Below the pieces are notes generated by a model, which saw nothing but the letters and a program-made list of their open reading frames with translations, had not been told where the DNA came from and made no database searches. 64,000 nucleotides of DNA, taken from IMG/VR virus record IMGVR_UViG_3300009124_000001; one strand, written 5' to 3'. This document shows positions 54,614 to 63,453 of this stretch, piece by piece. Each line of letters starts with the position of its first letter. The first letter of the stretch is position 1. This DNA is from a virus. The position numbers and the translations under genes were made by a program.

Positions 54614-55649
54614 GGCGAAAGAATCTAAAAAACTACCAACCACTAAGAAAAAAGATTCCAGCGGGAAGGGTAGTGGTGATAGACTTATTTATCCCATGAC
54701 CACACCTCGTGGTCCTTCGACCTCTGATGGTGCAATTAGTCGTGGTCATCGCTTCGAGACCAAGCAGATCGACTACATAAAATTAATGATCTATGATCCT
54801 GAGACTGCGAACCCTTACAACTATGTAGGTCAGAATAGCAGAAAAGGTAATCCTGGCAGAAGATACAACAGAAACCAAATCTACAAGACTATCTATCTGT
54901 ATCTGCCTCACGATCTGAACGAAACATATAGCACATCATACGAAAAGGCAGCACTTGGTCCTTTTGGTGATATTGCTGTTGAAGCAATGAGATCAGGTGA
55001 TACTTCGGAAGTTGCTAAGAAGATTTCTAATGCAGCAACTTCTGCAAAACCTGAGGTTGCATTCAGTGCTGTTGCTGGTATCTTCAATGGTGCTGCTGGT
55101 GCCTTTGGTGTTGACGGTAACATGAGCAAGAACTCTCTTGCTGCTCTGTCTAGTGGTAAGGTCTTCAACCCATATGAAGAGACTACATTCAAAGGTGTGA
55201 ACTATCGCTCTCACAGTTTTACCTTTGACATGGCACCTCGTAATCCCCAAGAGGCGAAGAACATCCAGGCAATCATTCATGAATTGAGAGATTCGATGCT
55301 TCCTGGCACATCTGGTGAGCAGTCTCGTTGGTTGACGATTCCTAGATTCTTCCGTGCTGAGATTGTACGTTACTCACCTAGGAGATCTGGTTCTGCTGCT
55401 CTTGGTGAAGAGAAACTGAACGAACCTGCAATGATGAGAACTCTGTTGACATTCCCAGTCAATATGGTTCTTACCAACATGCAGGTAAACCTGACACCCA
55501 ACGGTCAGAATACCTCCCTTAGATATGATCTGAGTGGTATTGATTATGGTCCTGCACAGTACCGAATGACTCTGAGTTTCGATGAGACTGCATTCATCAC
55601 CAGAGACGTGTACAACGCAAACAACAACAACGGGAAATCTAAAAAGTAA
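54612..55649 (+). CDS. gp48: Baseplate tail tube cap gp48
   Basis: LIYP; IYLYLP; NPYEE..F.G..R..SF.F.M.P.N..EA; L.F.E. Confidence 0.9.
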   Translation: MAKESKKLPTTKKKDSSGKGSGDRLIYPMTTPRGPSTSDGAISRGHRFETKQIDYIKLMIYDPETANPYNYVGQNSRKGNPGRRYNRNQIYKTIYLYLPHDLNETYSTSYEKAALGPFGDIAVEAMRSGDTSEVAKKISNAATSAKPEVAFSAVAGIFNGAAGAFGVDGNMSKNSLAALSSGKVFNPYEETTFKGVNYRSHSFTFDMAPRNPQEAKNIQAIIHELRDSMLPGTSGEQSRWLTIPRFFRAEIVRYSPRRSGSAALGEEKLNEPAMMRTLLTFPVNMVLTNMQVNLTPNGQNTSLRYDLSGIDYGPAQYRMTLSFDETAFITRDVYNANNNNGKSKK

Positions 55650-56563
55650 TGCCTTATTTTTCTTACATACCTGACGTTAGGGTTCGCGTATCGTCATTCC
55701 GACAAAATAATGTCGAACCTTTCGTCGCAGCAAAGAATATCTTTCGCAGAGTCAAGATTCGCGATAGCATTCAAGATGATGTCTTGGGTTTTGAACAATA
55801 TAGCGTCGGAAACAACGAAAGACCCGACCAAGTTGCATATGACAAGTATAGTGACTCTGGTCTAGATTGGGTCGTTTTGTTGTGCAACAACATTATCAAC
55901 ATATATCAAGATTGGCCTCTTTCTGAGGAAGAACTCTATAAGATGGTTGAGAAAAAATATCTCAGCGTTAATGGTATTCACCATTATGAGACAAATGAAG
56001 TAAGAGACCAGTTAGGCAACATTATCATCAAAGAGGGCAAAATTGTAAACTCTGATTATGTTGCATATCGACCAGATGGCACTACTGTTGCTGATTCGGT
56101 ATATCCTGTGTCCAACTGGGAATACGAGAGAAACCTAAACGACGAAAAATCGAACATTTGGTTGCTCAACCCTCTCTACGTCACTGCGTTCGTCGAGGAA
56201 TTTGAAGAATTGCTTGAATATGCACCAAACGAAGAACTTGGTGATGGTGAGCAAGTTAAGGTCAGTCCCAATACTGTGGAAGAGATCTTTATCACCAAGA
56301 AGAAATACTATACTACTGAGTATGGTCTTGCTTCTAGTATTGAGTTTAGTGGTCAGCAAGATCTTGGTAACAGAGATGTGACTGTCACAACCAATGACGC
56401 GGGTGCAACTATTACCACATCCACCACGACTGCCGCTGGAACAGGTATTGTGAACTCTTCTGGTGTGGTTGCTGGTACAACAGACGCAAGCACCACCACC
56501 AGCAGCACAACGGCAAGCGGTCAGGCAACTGGTGGGTCTTCTAGTGGATCTTCTGGATATTAA
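55649..56563 (+). CDS. gp53: Baseplate wedge gp53
   Basis: YFSYIP; KNIFRRVK; ERPD.VA..Y.DS.LDWVVLL.NNI..WP; HHYET; Ser/Thr/Gly tail. Confidence 0.92.
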   Translation: MPYFSYIPDVRVRVSSFRQNNVEPFVAAKNIFRRVKIRDSIQDDVLGFEQYSVGNNERPDQVAYDKYSDSGLDWVVLLCNNIINIYQDWPLSEEELYKMVEKKYLSVNGIHHYETNEVRDQLGNIIIKEGKIVNSDYVAYRPDGTTVADSVYPVSNWEYERNLNDEKSNIWLLNPLYVTAFVEEFEELLEYAPNEELGDGEQVKVSPNTVEEIFITKKKYYTTEYGLASSIEFSGQQDLGNRDVTVTTNDAGATITTSTTTAAGTGIVNSSGVVAGTTDASTTTSSTTASGQATGGSSSGSSGY

Positions 56564-56874
56564 TCTCTCTGTCTCCAATCATCAGGTTTGTCCTGCTTGA
56601 ACCAGTCAACGATCTCGTCAGCACTTGTGAACCCCGTTCTGTGATTGGATGGGTCGGGGTCGCCTAATCCCATCCTATTCATAAAATCATCCATACTGCC
56701 CTCTTGAATGTTGTTAGCAGCCTGGCGTCGAGCACTATTCAACCAATCTCGGGCGGTTGTGTGTGATTTGGCGAGTTTCTCTGCCCAAATCATATCGTCT
56801 AATTTGACCTCCTCCTTGTTTGCTATCTTTTTACAGATAAACTCTAATCTGAGTCGGTATTGGGTTGAGAGCAT
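56560..56874 (-). CDS. Hypothetical cyanophage protein
   Basis: MLSTQYRLRLE.IC..MIWAEKLAK..DWRQRD. Confidence 0.85.
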   Translation of the reverse strand: MLSTQYRLRLEFICKKIANKEEVKLDDMIWAEKLAKSHTTARDWLNSARRQAANNIQEGSMDDFMNRMGLGDPDPSNHRTGFTSADEIVDWFKQDKPDDWRQRD

Positions 56875-57071
56875 GTTCCTACGTCCGAGAGATAATGTTC
56901 TAATTGGTTGATTCTCGTAAATTCGTGATATGCCGCCTCAGAGCGGATATGTAGAATATCGAGGATATCGTCCACAATGTAACTTGGATCAATCCCATCG
57001 TCAAGGTACTTGTCGATCGCTTCCTTCAAGTAACGATATCTGTGCCATTCGGCAGAATAAGGTTTGTACAT
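56844..57071 (-). CDS. Hypothetical protein
   Basis: Start trimmed to MYKPYSAEWHR. Confidence 0.8.
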   Translation of the reverse strand: MYKPYSAEWHRYRYLKEAIDKYLDDGIDPSYIVDDILDILHIRSEAAYHEFTRINQLEHYLSDVGTCSQPNTDSD

Positions 57072-57148
57072 GATAATGGATATTCGCGATATTAGTACGA
57101 TACACGATATTCGTGGATCTGTCAATATTTATGAAAAACCCTGGGGAC

Positions 57149-57182
57149 AAAAAAATACCCCGAATTTTTTTCGGGGTCTTTT
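57149..57182. terminator. Bidirectional intrinsic terminator
   Basis: ACCCCGAA-N5-TTCGGGGT with T tracts on both strands. Confidence 0.75.
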
Positions 57183-57206
57183 GGTAATCGAAGGTCGATT
57201 TTGGTT

Positions 57207-57485
57207 TTAGTGATGGTGGTGGTGCCTGCGACGGTAGCAAGGTTCCCACGTCCACCTGATTCGTTGTGACCAGTACCCAGGGTAGAAGGGTGTCGGTTCA
57301 ACCCATGTGTCAACCACTTGCTTTCTCCTGCACATCCTTGGTGGTGGGGGTGCAGAGTGATAGTAGTGCCTCTCTACATGGTGGTGGTGCTTGTCACCTG
57401 TGAATGGTTCCCAAAACTCTCCCCAGGTCACTGCCTGAGCAGGTGCTGCTGTGAGAAGTAACAGGGGGAGAGCAAGGAATTTCAT
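57207..57485 (-). CDS. Secreted His-rich small protein
   Basis: Signal peptide MKFLALPLLLLTAAPAQA; HHHH and C-terminal HHHHH. Confidence 0.8.
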   Translation of the reverse strand: MKFLALPLLLLTAAPAQAVTWGEFWEPFTGDKHHHHVERHYYHSAPPPPRMCRRKQVVDTWVEPTPFYPGYWSQRIRWTWEPCYRRRHHHHH

Positions 57486-58405
57486 CAGTCGTCGTTAGCG
57501 AGTTTAGCGAAGTAGGAGAGGTCAGGATCCTCATCCCCATTCAATGATTCTACACTAGAACCGAACCCACTGTTGAAGGCAGGTGCCGATTGTTTAGCTG
57601 TCTCCTCGGGGGAGAAGAATGCCACGGGATCTTCCTCTTCCTCTGCCTGTGCTGCCTGAGCGGCACGATTGGTCTTACCAAGGACAAGGTTCAGACGTGC
57701 TTCAAGTTCAGTGTAGGACTTGAAGTTCTTGGGATCAGTGAAGTCAGCAAGAGAGTATTGCTGATTGTAGAGCTGTTCCAACTGCTCGTCATCAAAGTCA
57801 CCCAGTACAGAGGCAGAGGCGAACTCAGAACGATCGTAGTTCCAGTAACCATCCTGCTTGACGATCTTCAACTTGAAGTCAGCACCCTTCCAGAAGCAGA
57901 AAGGATTGATGGGTTCTTCATCTTCAAACTGGGGCTTCATTGCCTCAACAATCTTGTCATGGATCTTCTTGCCATACTTGTACAAGAAGACACGACCCTC
58001 GTTCTCAGGGTGAAGAGGATCCTTCACAACATAGATGTTGGAGTAGTAGGACAGTTTACGCTTCTGCTTACGAGCAACTTCCTTGTCAGAATCCAGACCG
58101 CTGTTCCAGAGGATGCGATTCAGATCACCAACAGGATCCTTCTGACCGAGAGTGGTCAGGGAGTTCTCGATGTACCAACCACCAGTACCTTGGAAGGCAT
58201 GGGACCAGACCTGTGCCCAGGGCAGGTCTTCGTTGGTAGGAGCGGGCAGGAAGCGGATGACAGCATAACCGTTGCCTGCTTTGTCAACCTCTGGTTTCCA
58301 GAGGCGTTCGTCGGGACCGTTGCCCGAACCTTTGCTCATCTTTTCAAGTTCCTTGGTCAGGTTTGCAATGGAACCAGAGGACTTTTTGAGCGATGCGAAA
58401 GACAT
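57485..58405 (-). CDS. gp32: Single-stranded DNA-binding protein gp32
   Basis: MSFASLKK; D.R.WKP..DKAGNGYAVIRFLP; WYIENSLTTLG; acidic tail LSYFAKLA. Confidence 0.97.
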   Translation of the reverse strand: MSFASLKKSSGSIANLTKELEKMSKGSGNGPDERLWKPEVDKAGNGYAVIRFLPAPTNEDLPWAQVWSHAFQGTGGWYIENSLTTLGQKDPVGDLNRILWNSGLDSDKEVARKQKRKLSYYSNIYVVKDPLHPENEGRVFLYKYGKKIHDKIVEAMKPQFEDEEPINPFCFWKGADFKLKIVKQDGYWNYDRSEFASASVLGDFDDEQLEQLYNQQYSLADFTDPKNFKSYTELEARLNLVLGKTNRAAQAAQAEEEEDPVAFFSPEETAKQSAPAFNSGFGSSVESLNGDEDPDLSYFAKLANDD

Positions 58406-58460
58406 GGATTGTATTCTCCGTATGTTTTGTATTTGGTCTGTGTGTCACCAGACCGAAGTC

Positions 58461-58489
58461 ATGATGACACATTATTTAGGGGGTGTCAA
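58461..58489 (-). promoter_or_regulatory. Overlapping sigma70-like and late promoters for gp32
   Basis: TTGACA-N17-CATCAT with TAAATA in the spacer. Confidence 0.55.
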
Positions 58490-59046
58490 GCAAGCAGTTG
58501 CTTGACTGCTGCTTCGATCTCATTGAGTTTGGAGATGGACACTGACTGTACATCCCACTCCATGACAACTTTCATCTCTTTACCCTTGATCGAGAAGTTT
58601 GAAAAGGGAACCTGCTGAGGATGAGTGTACTCAGTGTTGATAAAGATATCTTCCAGAGAAGTTTGGGTTGCTTCATCAACTTGCTCATCAGTAGGAGACA
58701 ACACTTTACCCTTACTGAAAGCATTCTTGATAGGTTTCAGGTGTTGTAGACGAGGGTGTGCTGCCCACTTATCAAACTCAGTAGTCTCTCGCAACATGCG
58801 AGCAAACGTGGCACGAAGAGACTCTCGCATAGCAGAGATGTCTTCATGGTCAGTGATATACGGGTAGTCTGCCTTGAAGAGTTGAGGATTGTAGGTAATC
58901 GTAACGTTACCTCGGGTCTTGGGTTGCTTCACCATCCATTCCATGTTCTCATGGACATGGCGGACTTGGTTTGCCTTCCAAGCGCCCTTGAATCCCCATC
59001 TAGCATACCTAGTATACAGAGGTTTGATTGAAGGTGTATTGGTCAT
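58486..59046 (-). CDS. Hypothetical protein with its own promoter
   Basis: Start trimmed to MTNTPS. Confidence 0.75.
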   Translation of the reverse strand: MTNTPSIKPLYTRYARWGFKGAWKANQVRHVHENMEWMVKQPKTRGNVTITYNPQLFKADYPYITDHEDISAMRESLRATFARMLRETTEFDKWAAHPRLQHLKPIKNAFSKGKVLSPTDEQVDEATQTSLEDIFINTEYTHPQQVPFSNFSIKGKEMKVVMEWDVQSVSISKLNEIEAAVKQLLA

Positions 59047-59081
59047 TGTATTTGATGGTGTGTGTCTCACGGGACCTGCAC

Positions 59082-59117
59082 ATCATAGCACCATGAAAAA
59101 AGGGGGTCAACCCCCCT
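59082..59117 (-). promoter_or_regulatory. sigma70 promoter overlapping a terminator hairpin
   Basis: TTGACC-N17-TATGAT; GGGGG-TTGA-CCCCC-TTTTTT. Confidence 0.7.
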
Positions 59118-59472
59118 GGTGTAATTCTTTTTTCCAACCGATGAGTTTGTCTTCCATCGCCTGTAAGACTGCTAGCAGGTTGCCCTTGCCACCTGTGTAG
59201 AGGGTGGACATCGTGTCTATCCGCTCCTTCATTGCTTGGACCTCAGACTCAGAGTCATCGTCCTCTGCGACATAGTTTGCCATCAATTCCAGTCGGGAAT
59301 AGAATACCTTCTGCTTTGCAATGAGTTCAAGAGTCTTATTAATGTGCTCAATCTTCTGTTGAGGATCAAAGTCCTGAAAGTTTTGAGACATTTTAAGCAG
59401 ATCTGTGTAGCAATCTTGCAGATCATTAAGTTCTTCTTGAACTACTTCTGATTTGAAAAATTCTTCGCTCAT
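59107..59472 (-). CDS. DUF1825-like hypothetical protein
   Basis: FF.SE.VQ.E; LI.KQKVFY.RL.L. Confidence 0.75.
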   Translation of the reverse strand: MSEEFFKSEVVQEELNDLQDCYTDLLKMSQNFQDFDPQQKIEHINKTLELIAKQKVFYSRLELMANYVAEDDDSESEVQAMKERIDTMSTLYTGGKGNLLAVLQAMEDKLIGWKKELHQGG

Positions 59473-59789
59473 AGTTTTCCTCCCACCACTCCGTCATTAA
59501 TGACGCGAGTGTGTTCGTCTAGTGTTCCTTCTTGTAATGCTTTGAGATGCCACCGAGTGACATTCAGGACAGTATCATACTCCAATCCAGAGATGAAGTG
59601 CTGCCCCAGTGGTTCTTTCAGAATGCTGATGTGCATACCGAAACGAGACTTCATAATGTAGAAAGCATCGTCAATCCACTCAACATTCTCAGGAATGTTC
59701 TTCTCCACGGTGCCACCGAAGGAGTGCGACAACTTAGATAGGTAAGATGCCACGGGTTGTTCGCTTGATGCAGTTGAGTTGTTGGGCAT
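59469..59789 (-). CDS. Hypothetical protein
   Basis: EWIDDAFY..RFG..TRW.LK..QEG..VGGKL; start uncertain. Confidence 0.75.
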   Translation of the reverse strand: MPNNSTASSEQPVASYLSKLSHSFGGTVEKNIPENVEWIDDAFYIMKSRFGMHISILKEPLGQHFISGLEYDTVLNVTRWHLKALQEGTLDEHTRVINDGVVGGKL

Positions 59790-59979
59790 TGGCTTTGATT
59801 TTGTCTTTCAGGGGTTTGCTAATAAGTTTACCGACCATCTCAAATTCAATCTCATATTCTTCACAGACTGATGCAACTGCTTCGATGTAGTTGATCAGTC
59901 CATTATTATTTTGGACAGTATGTTCAACGAGAGCACTAAATTTGTTCTGAGTCATGAAGTTTTCTTCGAGTTCTTTCAC
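59734..59979 (-). CDS. gp33: Late transcription coactivator gp33
   Basis: F...VE..V; YIEA....C; KLISKPLK.K....A..LN; probable GTG start overlapping exonuclease stop. Confidence 0.9.
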   Translation of the reverse strand: MKELEENFMTQNKFSALVEHTVQNNNGLINYIEAVASVCEEYEIEFEMVGKLISKPLKDKIKANAQQLNCIKRTTRGILPI

Positions 59980-60662
59980 TTGTTGACACTCTCCTGATGG
60001 TATCGGTAATCTTTGATCCATTTGCAGAGAGTATCGATGTAAGGTATCTTATCATACTTTTGTACGACTTGGGTCTCCCCATTCTCTGCAACACTAAGTG
60101 TCACAAGTTTCTTTACCTCTACACCAGTACGCTCCCAATACATGTAAGCATATGCTGCTTCTTGTACGAAATACTTCTCCAACCAAGTCTCTTTCTTGAT
60201 CTCCTTGGTAGTTTTGAAGTCAATGATTGCTAACTCACCATCAAACTCAGCAATGCAATCAACACGACCAGCAACGCATAGATCAGAAGAATAAAGAGGG
60301 GCTTCAAGACAGTGAATGTTATCAATACGATCGAGAGTCGCACGAGCAAACCCAAAAAGGTACGAGGCAAGACCTTCGCCTTCCTTAACCTTTTCCAGGT
60401 TGCCCAAGAGATAATTTTCGACGATGCCATGATACTTAGTGCCTCTCCATGATGATGTGCGACGGATCTTCTCCGCCTCTGTCCAACCGATGCGTTTCTC
60501 CCACTTACGGATGCCTTCAATAGACTGGTGTCCTACGACAGTAGTCACTGAGGGATACCAGTTACCGTTGGGTGCTTGATAGAAGCGACCTCTTTCACCT
60601 GTCTTGCTTTGAAGTTCGTCTAACTCTTTGGCAGGACCTACATGATTAAAAACTTTCATCAA
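59976..60662 (-). CDS. PD-(D/E)XK exonuclease (T4-like cyanophage core)
   Basis: YPSVTTV; RGT..H; E.PLYS..AGRVDCIAE..IIDFKT; YFVQ..AY. Confidence 0.92.
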   Translation of the reverse strand: MMKVFNHVGPAKELDELQSKTGERGRFYQAPNGNWYPSVTTVVGHQSIEGIRKWEKRIGWTEAEKIRRTSSWRGTKYHGIVENYLLGNLEKVKEGEGLASYLFGFARATLDRIDNIHCLEAPLYSSDLCVAGRVDCIAEFDGELAIIDFKTTKEIKKETWLEKYFVQEAAYAYMYWERTGVEVKKLVTLSVAENGETQVVQKYDKIPYIDTLCKWIKDYRYHQESVNK

Positions 60663-61417
60663 CCAAATCCGAGATTAATTTTACTAACGAGGTACTCTCT
60701 AACAAGACCAGACCTAACGATATCTGTAATACCAAACTCAACGCACTCAAACGAAGGCATGGTTTGCAGAATCTTCATGAAGTCTAGCACACCTGTACGT
60801 TCATTGCTCTTGATAAGGTCTGACTGTGTATAGTCACCAGAGAAAATAATCTTGGCGTCTTCACCAGTACGAGTGATGATTGAATCAAGTTCGTGGAAGT
60901 TCAGGTTAGAGAACTCATCCACAATGATAATACATTTGTCAAGGGTGACGCCACGAATGAACGAGGTAGACCAGAAAGAGATGGTCTCTTGTGCTCTCAG
61001 ATTATCGTAGAGCATCTCAAAGGAATTATCATCAGGCATTTGGAACATGTATTTCACCATGTTCTTGTAAGGAATCTGATACAGATTACTCTTATCCTCA
61101 TGGTCACCAGGCAGGAATCCAATCTCTCTGGTAGGAACCAGGGAGCGGACCATATAGATCTTCTCGTAGGGAGACTCAGGATCCAGCACCTGCTGCATTG
61201 CAAGGTAAAGACTAATGAAAGTTTTACCAGTACCAGCAGCACCATGCAGAACTAGGTTCTTGCCCTCGGCGTAAGCATTGAAGACCTTCTCCTGATTATC
61301 AGTCAGGGGTTCGATACTTTTAAGGTGATCAAGATTGATCGGTTTCTTCCTTCGCATTTGTTTGGCTGTCATACCATTCATGTTCGGAGTCTTCTGACGC
61401 TTTCGGGTTGCAGGCAT
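60659..61417 (-). CDS. phoH: PhoH-family ATPase
   Basis: PLT.NQ; GAAGTGKT; IGFLPG; FIRG.T; DE; GD..QSD; DIVRSGLV. Confidence 0.97.
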   Translation of the reverse strand: MPATRKRQKTPNMNGMTAKQMRRKKPINLDHLKSIEPLTDNQEKVFNAYAEGKNLVLHGAAGTGKTFISLYLAMQQVLDPESPYEKIYMVRSLVPTREIGFLPGDHEDKSNLYQIPYKNMVKYMFQMPDDNSFEMLYDNLRAQETISFWSTSFIRGVTLDKCIIIVDEFSNLNFHELDSIITRTGEDAKIIFSGDYTQSDLIKSNERTGVLDFMKILQTMPSFECVEFGITDIVRSGLVREYLVSKINLGFG

Positions 61418-61418
61418 A

Positions 61419-61649
61419 TCAAGTATATCGAGAGAGGTTGGCACCAGGGTGAGCTGACTGGATCTTAGACATTACATCTTTGAATCCATCAGACTGCTTT
61501 GGTTTACCATAGGTAGTACCATTGATTTGATTACCAAGATACCGTTCTAGTTCTGGATGCTCGTCTTTGTATTTATCGAGGTCGTGAATAGACAACCTAA
61601 CTTCGGTGATCTCACCAGTTTCTTTGTTTTTGAATTCGTAGGTAGGCAT
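61419..61649 (-). CDS. FmdB-like small protein
   Basis: MPTYEFKNKETGE; start trimmed. Confidence 0.8.
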   Translation of the reverse strand: MPTYEFKNKETGEITEVRLSIHDLDKYKDEHPELERYLGNQINGTTYGKPKQSDGFKDVMSKIQSAHPGANLSRYT

Positions 61650-61650
61650 A

Positions 61651-61821
61651 TTACCTCTTGTTCGTTGGTAGTGGTGTAGCAAATAGGATAGTTGCTGACG
61701 GAACAGATGCTTCAAAGAGACGCTTGGCCTCTTGCTGGTGAGATGCATCGATTCTTTTTGTGAATCTTTTGTTCCCCGAAGCGGGGATCTTATAAGTGAT
61801 CTCGTAGGGATACTGTTTCAT
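61651..61821 (-). CDS. Hypothetical protein (56 aa)
   Basis: Manual: MKQYPYEITYK..EAKRLFEASVPSATI; TAATG overlap with thyX stop. Confidence 0.7.
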   Translation of the reverse strand: MKQYPYEITYKIPASGNKRFTKRIDASHQQEAKRLFEASVPSATILFATPLPTNKR

Positions 61822-62534
61822 TAGTCAATCCTCAATGATGGTTGAAGGCAGTTGCACTCGTCAAGGTGCTGAGAGCATCCACAGTCTCCATCAGGGCACC
61901 AGTCAAGCGCCTTGGCGGTGTCTGGGAACTGACAGATGAAGTGCTGCCTACACATCTCTGCAATCTCCATGTGCTCCTTCTGAGTGCCATGTGCAGACCT
62001 CAGATCTATATAATGGATCCATGAACGCACTGATCCCGTCATGTAAAGTCTGGTGGGTGTTGCCAAGGGGAGCACAAAACGAGCACATTCCTTTGCAATA
62101 TCGTCATCAAGCATCTGCTTGTAGAGATCCATACCTTGCTTGAAATGATTCTGAATCAGAATCTCATACTTCTGTTTAGTCCAAGGATCGATGTCATCAA
62201 TAGAGTTCTGACGGTTCTTGGTATCCTGACGACGAAGTTCAAACAGAGGGATCTCATCTCCCAACATAGAACTGTCAGCATACCGCTGAGAAAACTCTTG
62301 ATATGTGAACGAACGGTGACGCAAAATTTGAGCTGCCAGTCCACGAGTGGTGTTAATTTCCAGGGTCATATGTGCTTGCTCAAACACAGACCAGTGTCCA
62401 TGCTTGATACAATAACCAAGGAGACCAGCAACCTTAGGGTTGTCCTGATTGTTGGGATTGCTTACACGAGCAACATACCCCATAGTTTTTTCTGCATCAG
62501 GAGTTACAGATACAAGACATACTTTTTGATTCAT
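61821..62534 (-). CDS. thyX: Flavin-dependent thymidylate synthase
   Basis: ARVSNP; HWSVFE; QILRHRSFTYQEFSQRY; AKECARFVLP; RSW.HY..LR; HGTQ.EH. Confidence 0.97.
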   Translation of the reverse strand: MNQKVCLVSVTPDAEKTMGYVARVSNPNNQDNPKVAGLLGYCIKHGHWSVFEQAHMTLEINTTRGLAAQILRHRSFTYQEFSQRYADSSMLGDEIPLFELRRQDTKNRQNSIDDIDPWTKQKYEILIQNHFKQGMDLYKQMLDDDIAKECARFVLPLATPTRLYMTGSVRSWIHYIDLRSAHGTQKEHMEIAEMCRQHFICQFPDTAKALDWCPDGDCGCSQHLDECNCLQPSLRID

Positions 62535-62770
62535 TTCAATAACACACGGGACAGAATGTAGAGACCTACTGACTGAACGTATCCTATCACAGGAAGTCCA
62601 AAGAGTGTAGGCATACATACATTCCATGCTGCCCACACAACGAAGGGAGCAAAGATCAGTCCGAGAAGACCGATGGTAGCATTCACTGCCATCTGTTTCG
62701 CTTCACTGCTAGGATCTTCGTCTTCGTTCTCAGGTTTATTTAATTTGACTGTGTAAACTGAGTTGCTCAT
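62531..62770 (-). CDS. Small membrane protein
   Basis: Two hydrophobic segments; WN..MP.LFGL..IGY. Confidence 0.8.
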   Translation of the reverse strand: MSNSVYTVKLNKPENEDEDPSSEAKQMAVNATIGLLGLIFAPFVVWAAWNVCMPTLFGLPVIGYVQSVGLYILSRVLLK

Positions 62771-63039
62771 TTCTTTTTCTTATCAGGACCTTTGTTACCC
62801 CACAGTTTAGGGTTTACTCTTCCCTCTGTCTGCGTCATGTTAATTAAATCATGACGATAGTGGTCCCAATAATGATCGAAGATGTCAACTCGCTTGGGAG
62901 CAACAGCAACATCGAACTTGGTGATACCATCTTGCAGGTATTCAATTAAATACGCTGTGTAAGGAAGAGATCTATCTTGACCTAAGGATGGGTCGCAATC
63001 TTTGTAGATTATATTAATCTTCAAGACCGACCGCCCCAC
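62767..63039 (-). CDS. Hypothetical protein
   Basis: DCDP..LPYTAYL..IFD.YWD.Y..GRVNPKLW. Confidence 0.8.
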   Translation of the reverse strand: MGRSVLKINIIYKDCDPSLGQDRSLPYTAYLIEYLQDGITKFDVAVAPKRVDIFDHYWDHYRHDLINMTQTEGRVNPKLWGNKGPDKKKK

Positions 63040-63452
63040 TGGATGCTTGGGAACGCCTCAGCAACACATGCCTTAGTGACCTTGTAACGCTTACCCAGTT
63101 CCTTATCCTTCGCCTTGATGATGACTTCTGCCTCATCAGGATGCAGACCTTCCAGGAGTTGAATGAACATCTGCTCACGCTTCATGCCACTGATGTTAGA
63201 TCCACCCTTAAAGAAGTGGTGAAGGATTCGTGCTTCGTGTTCCAGTTTGGTGTGCTCAGTGCCAGCAGGTGCCTCATTAGGAGTGAACGGAGGAGTACCC
63301 TCAGGAAGCATGGAGATAATACTCTCATCGTAGTTGATGATAAGCACAGACTTCAAGGCTGCACTCTGATGATCTTGGAGGATCTTGATCTTTTCTGCTT
63401 TGGTCTTTGCGTTGTGTGCCTTTTGTAGGATTTCGGAGATTAACAATTTCAT
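63021..63452 (-). CDS. Hypothetical protein downstream of rnh
   Basis: MKLLISEILQK; LPEG.PP; RE.MFIQLLEGLH..EAE. Confidence 0.85.
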   Translation of the reverse strand: MKLLISEILQKAHNAKTKAEKIKILQDHQSAALKSVLIINYDESIISMLPEGTPPFTPNEAPAGTEHTKLEHEARILHHFFKGGSNISGMKREQMFIQLLEGLHPDEAEVIIKAKDKELGKRYKVTKACVAEAFPSIQWGGRS

Positions 63453-63453
63453 T

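Noticed and set aside
57122-57313. 63 aa minus ORF
   Set aside because: Overlaps the His-rich gene out of frame and runs through the terminator
57590-58618. 342 aa plus-strand ORF
   Set aside because: Antisense to gp32; shadow ORF
59976-60662. Cas4-like nuclease as a CRISPR component
   Set aside because: Ordinary core exonuclease in the phoH-gp33 context; lacks the 4-Cys cluster pattern and there is no array
61821-62534. Intron or intein in thyX
   Set aside because: Continuous ORF of normal length with all motifs
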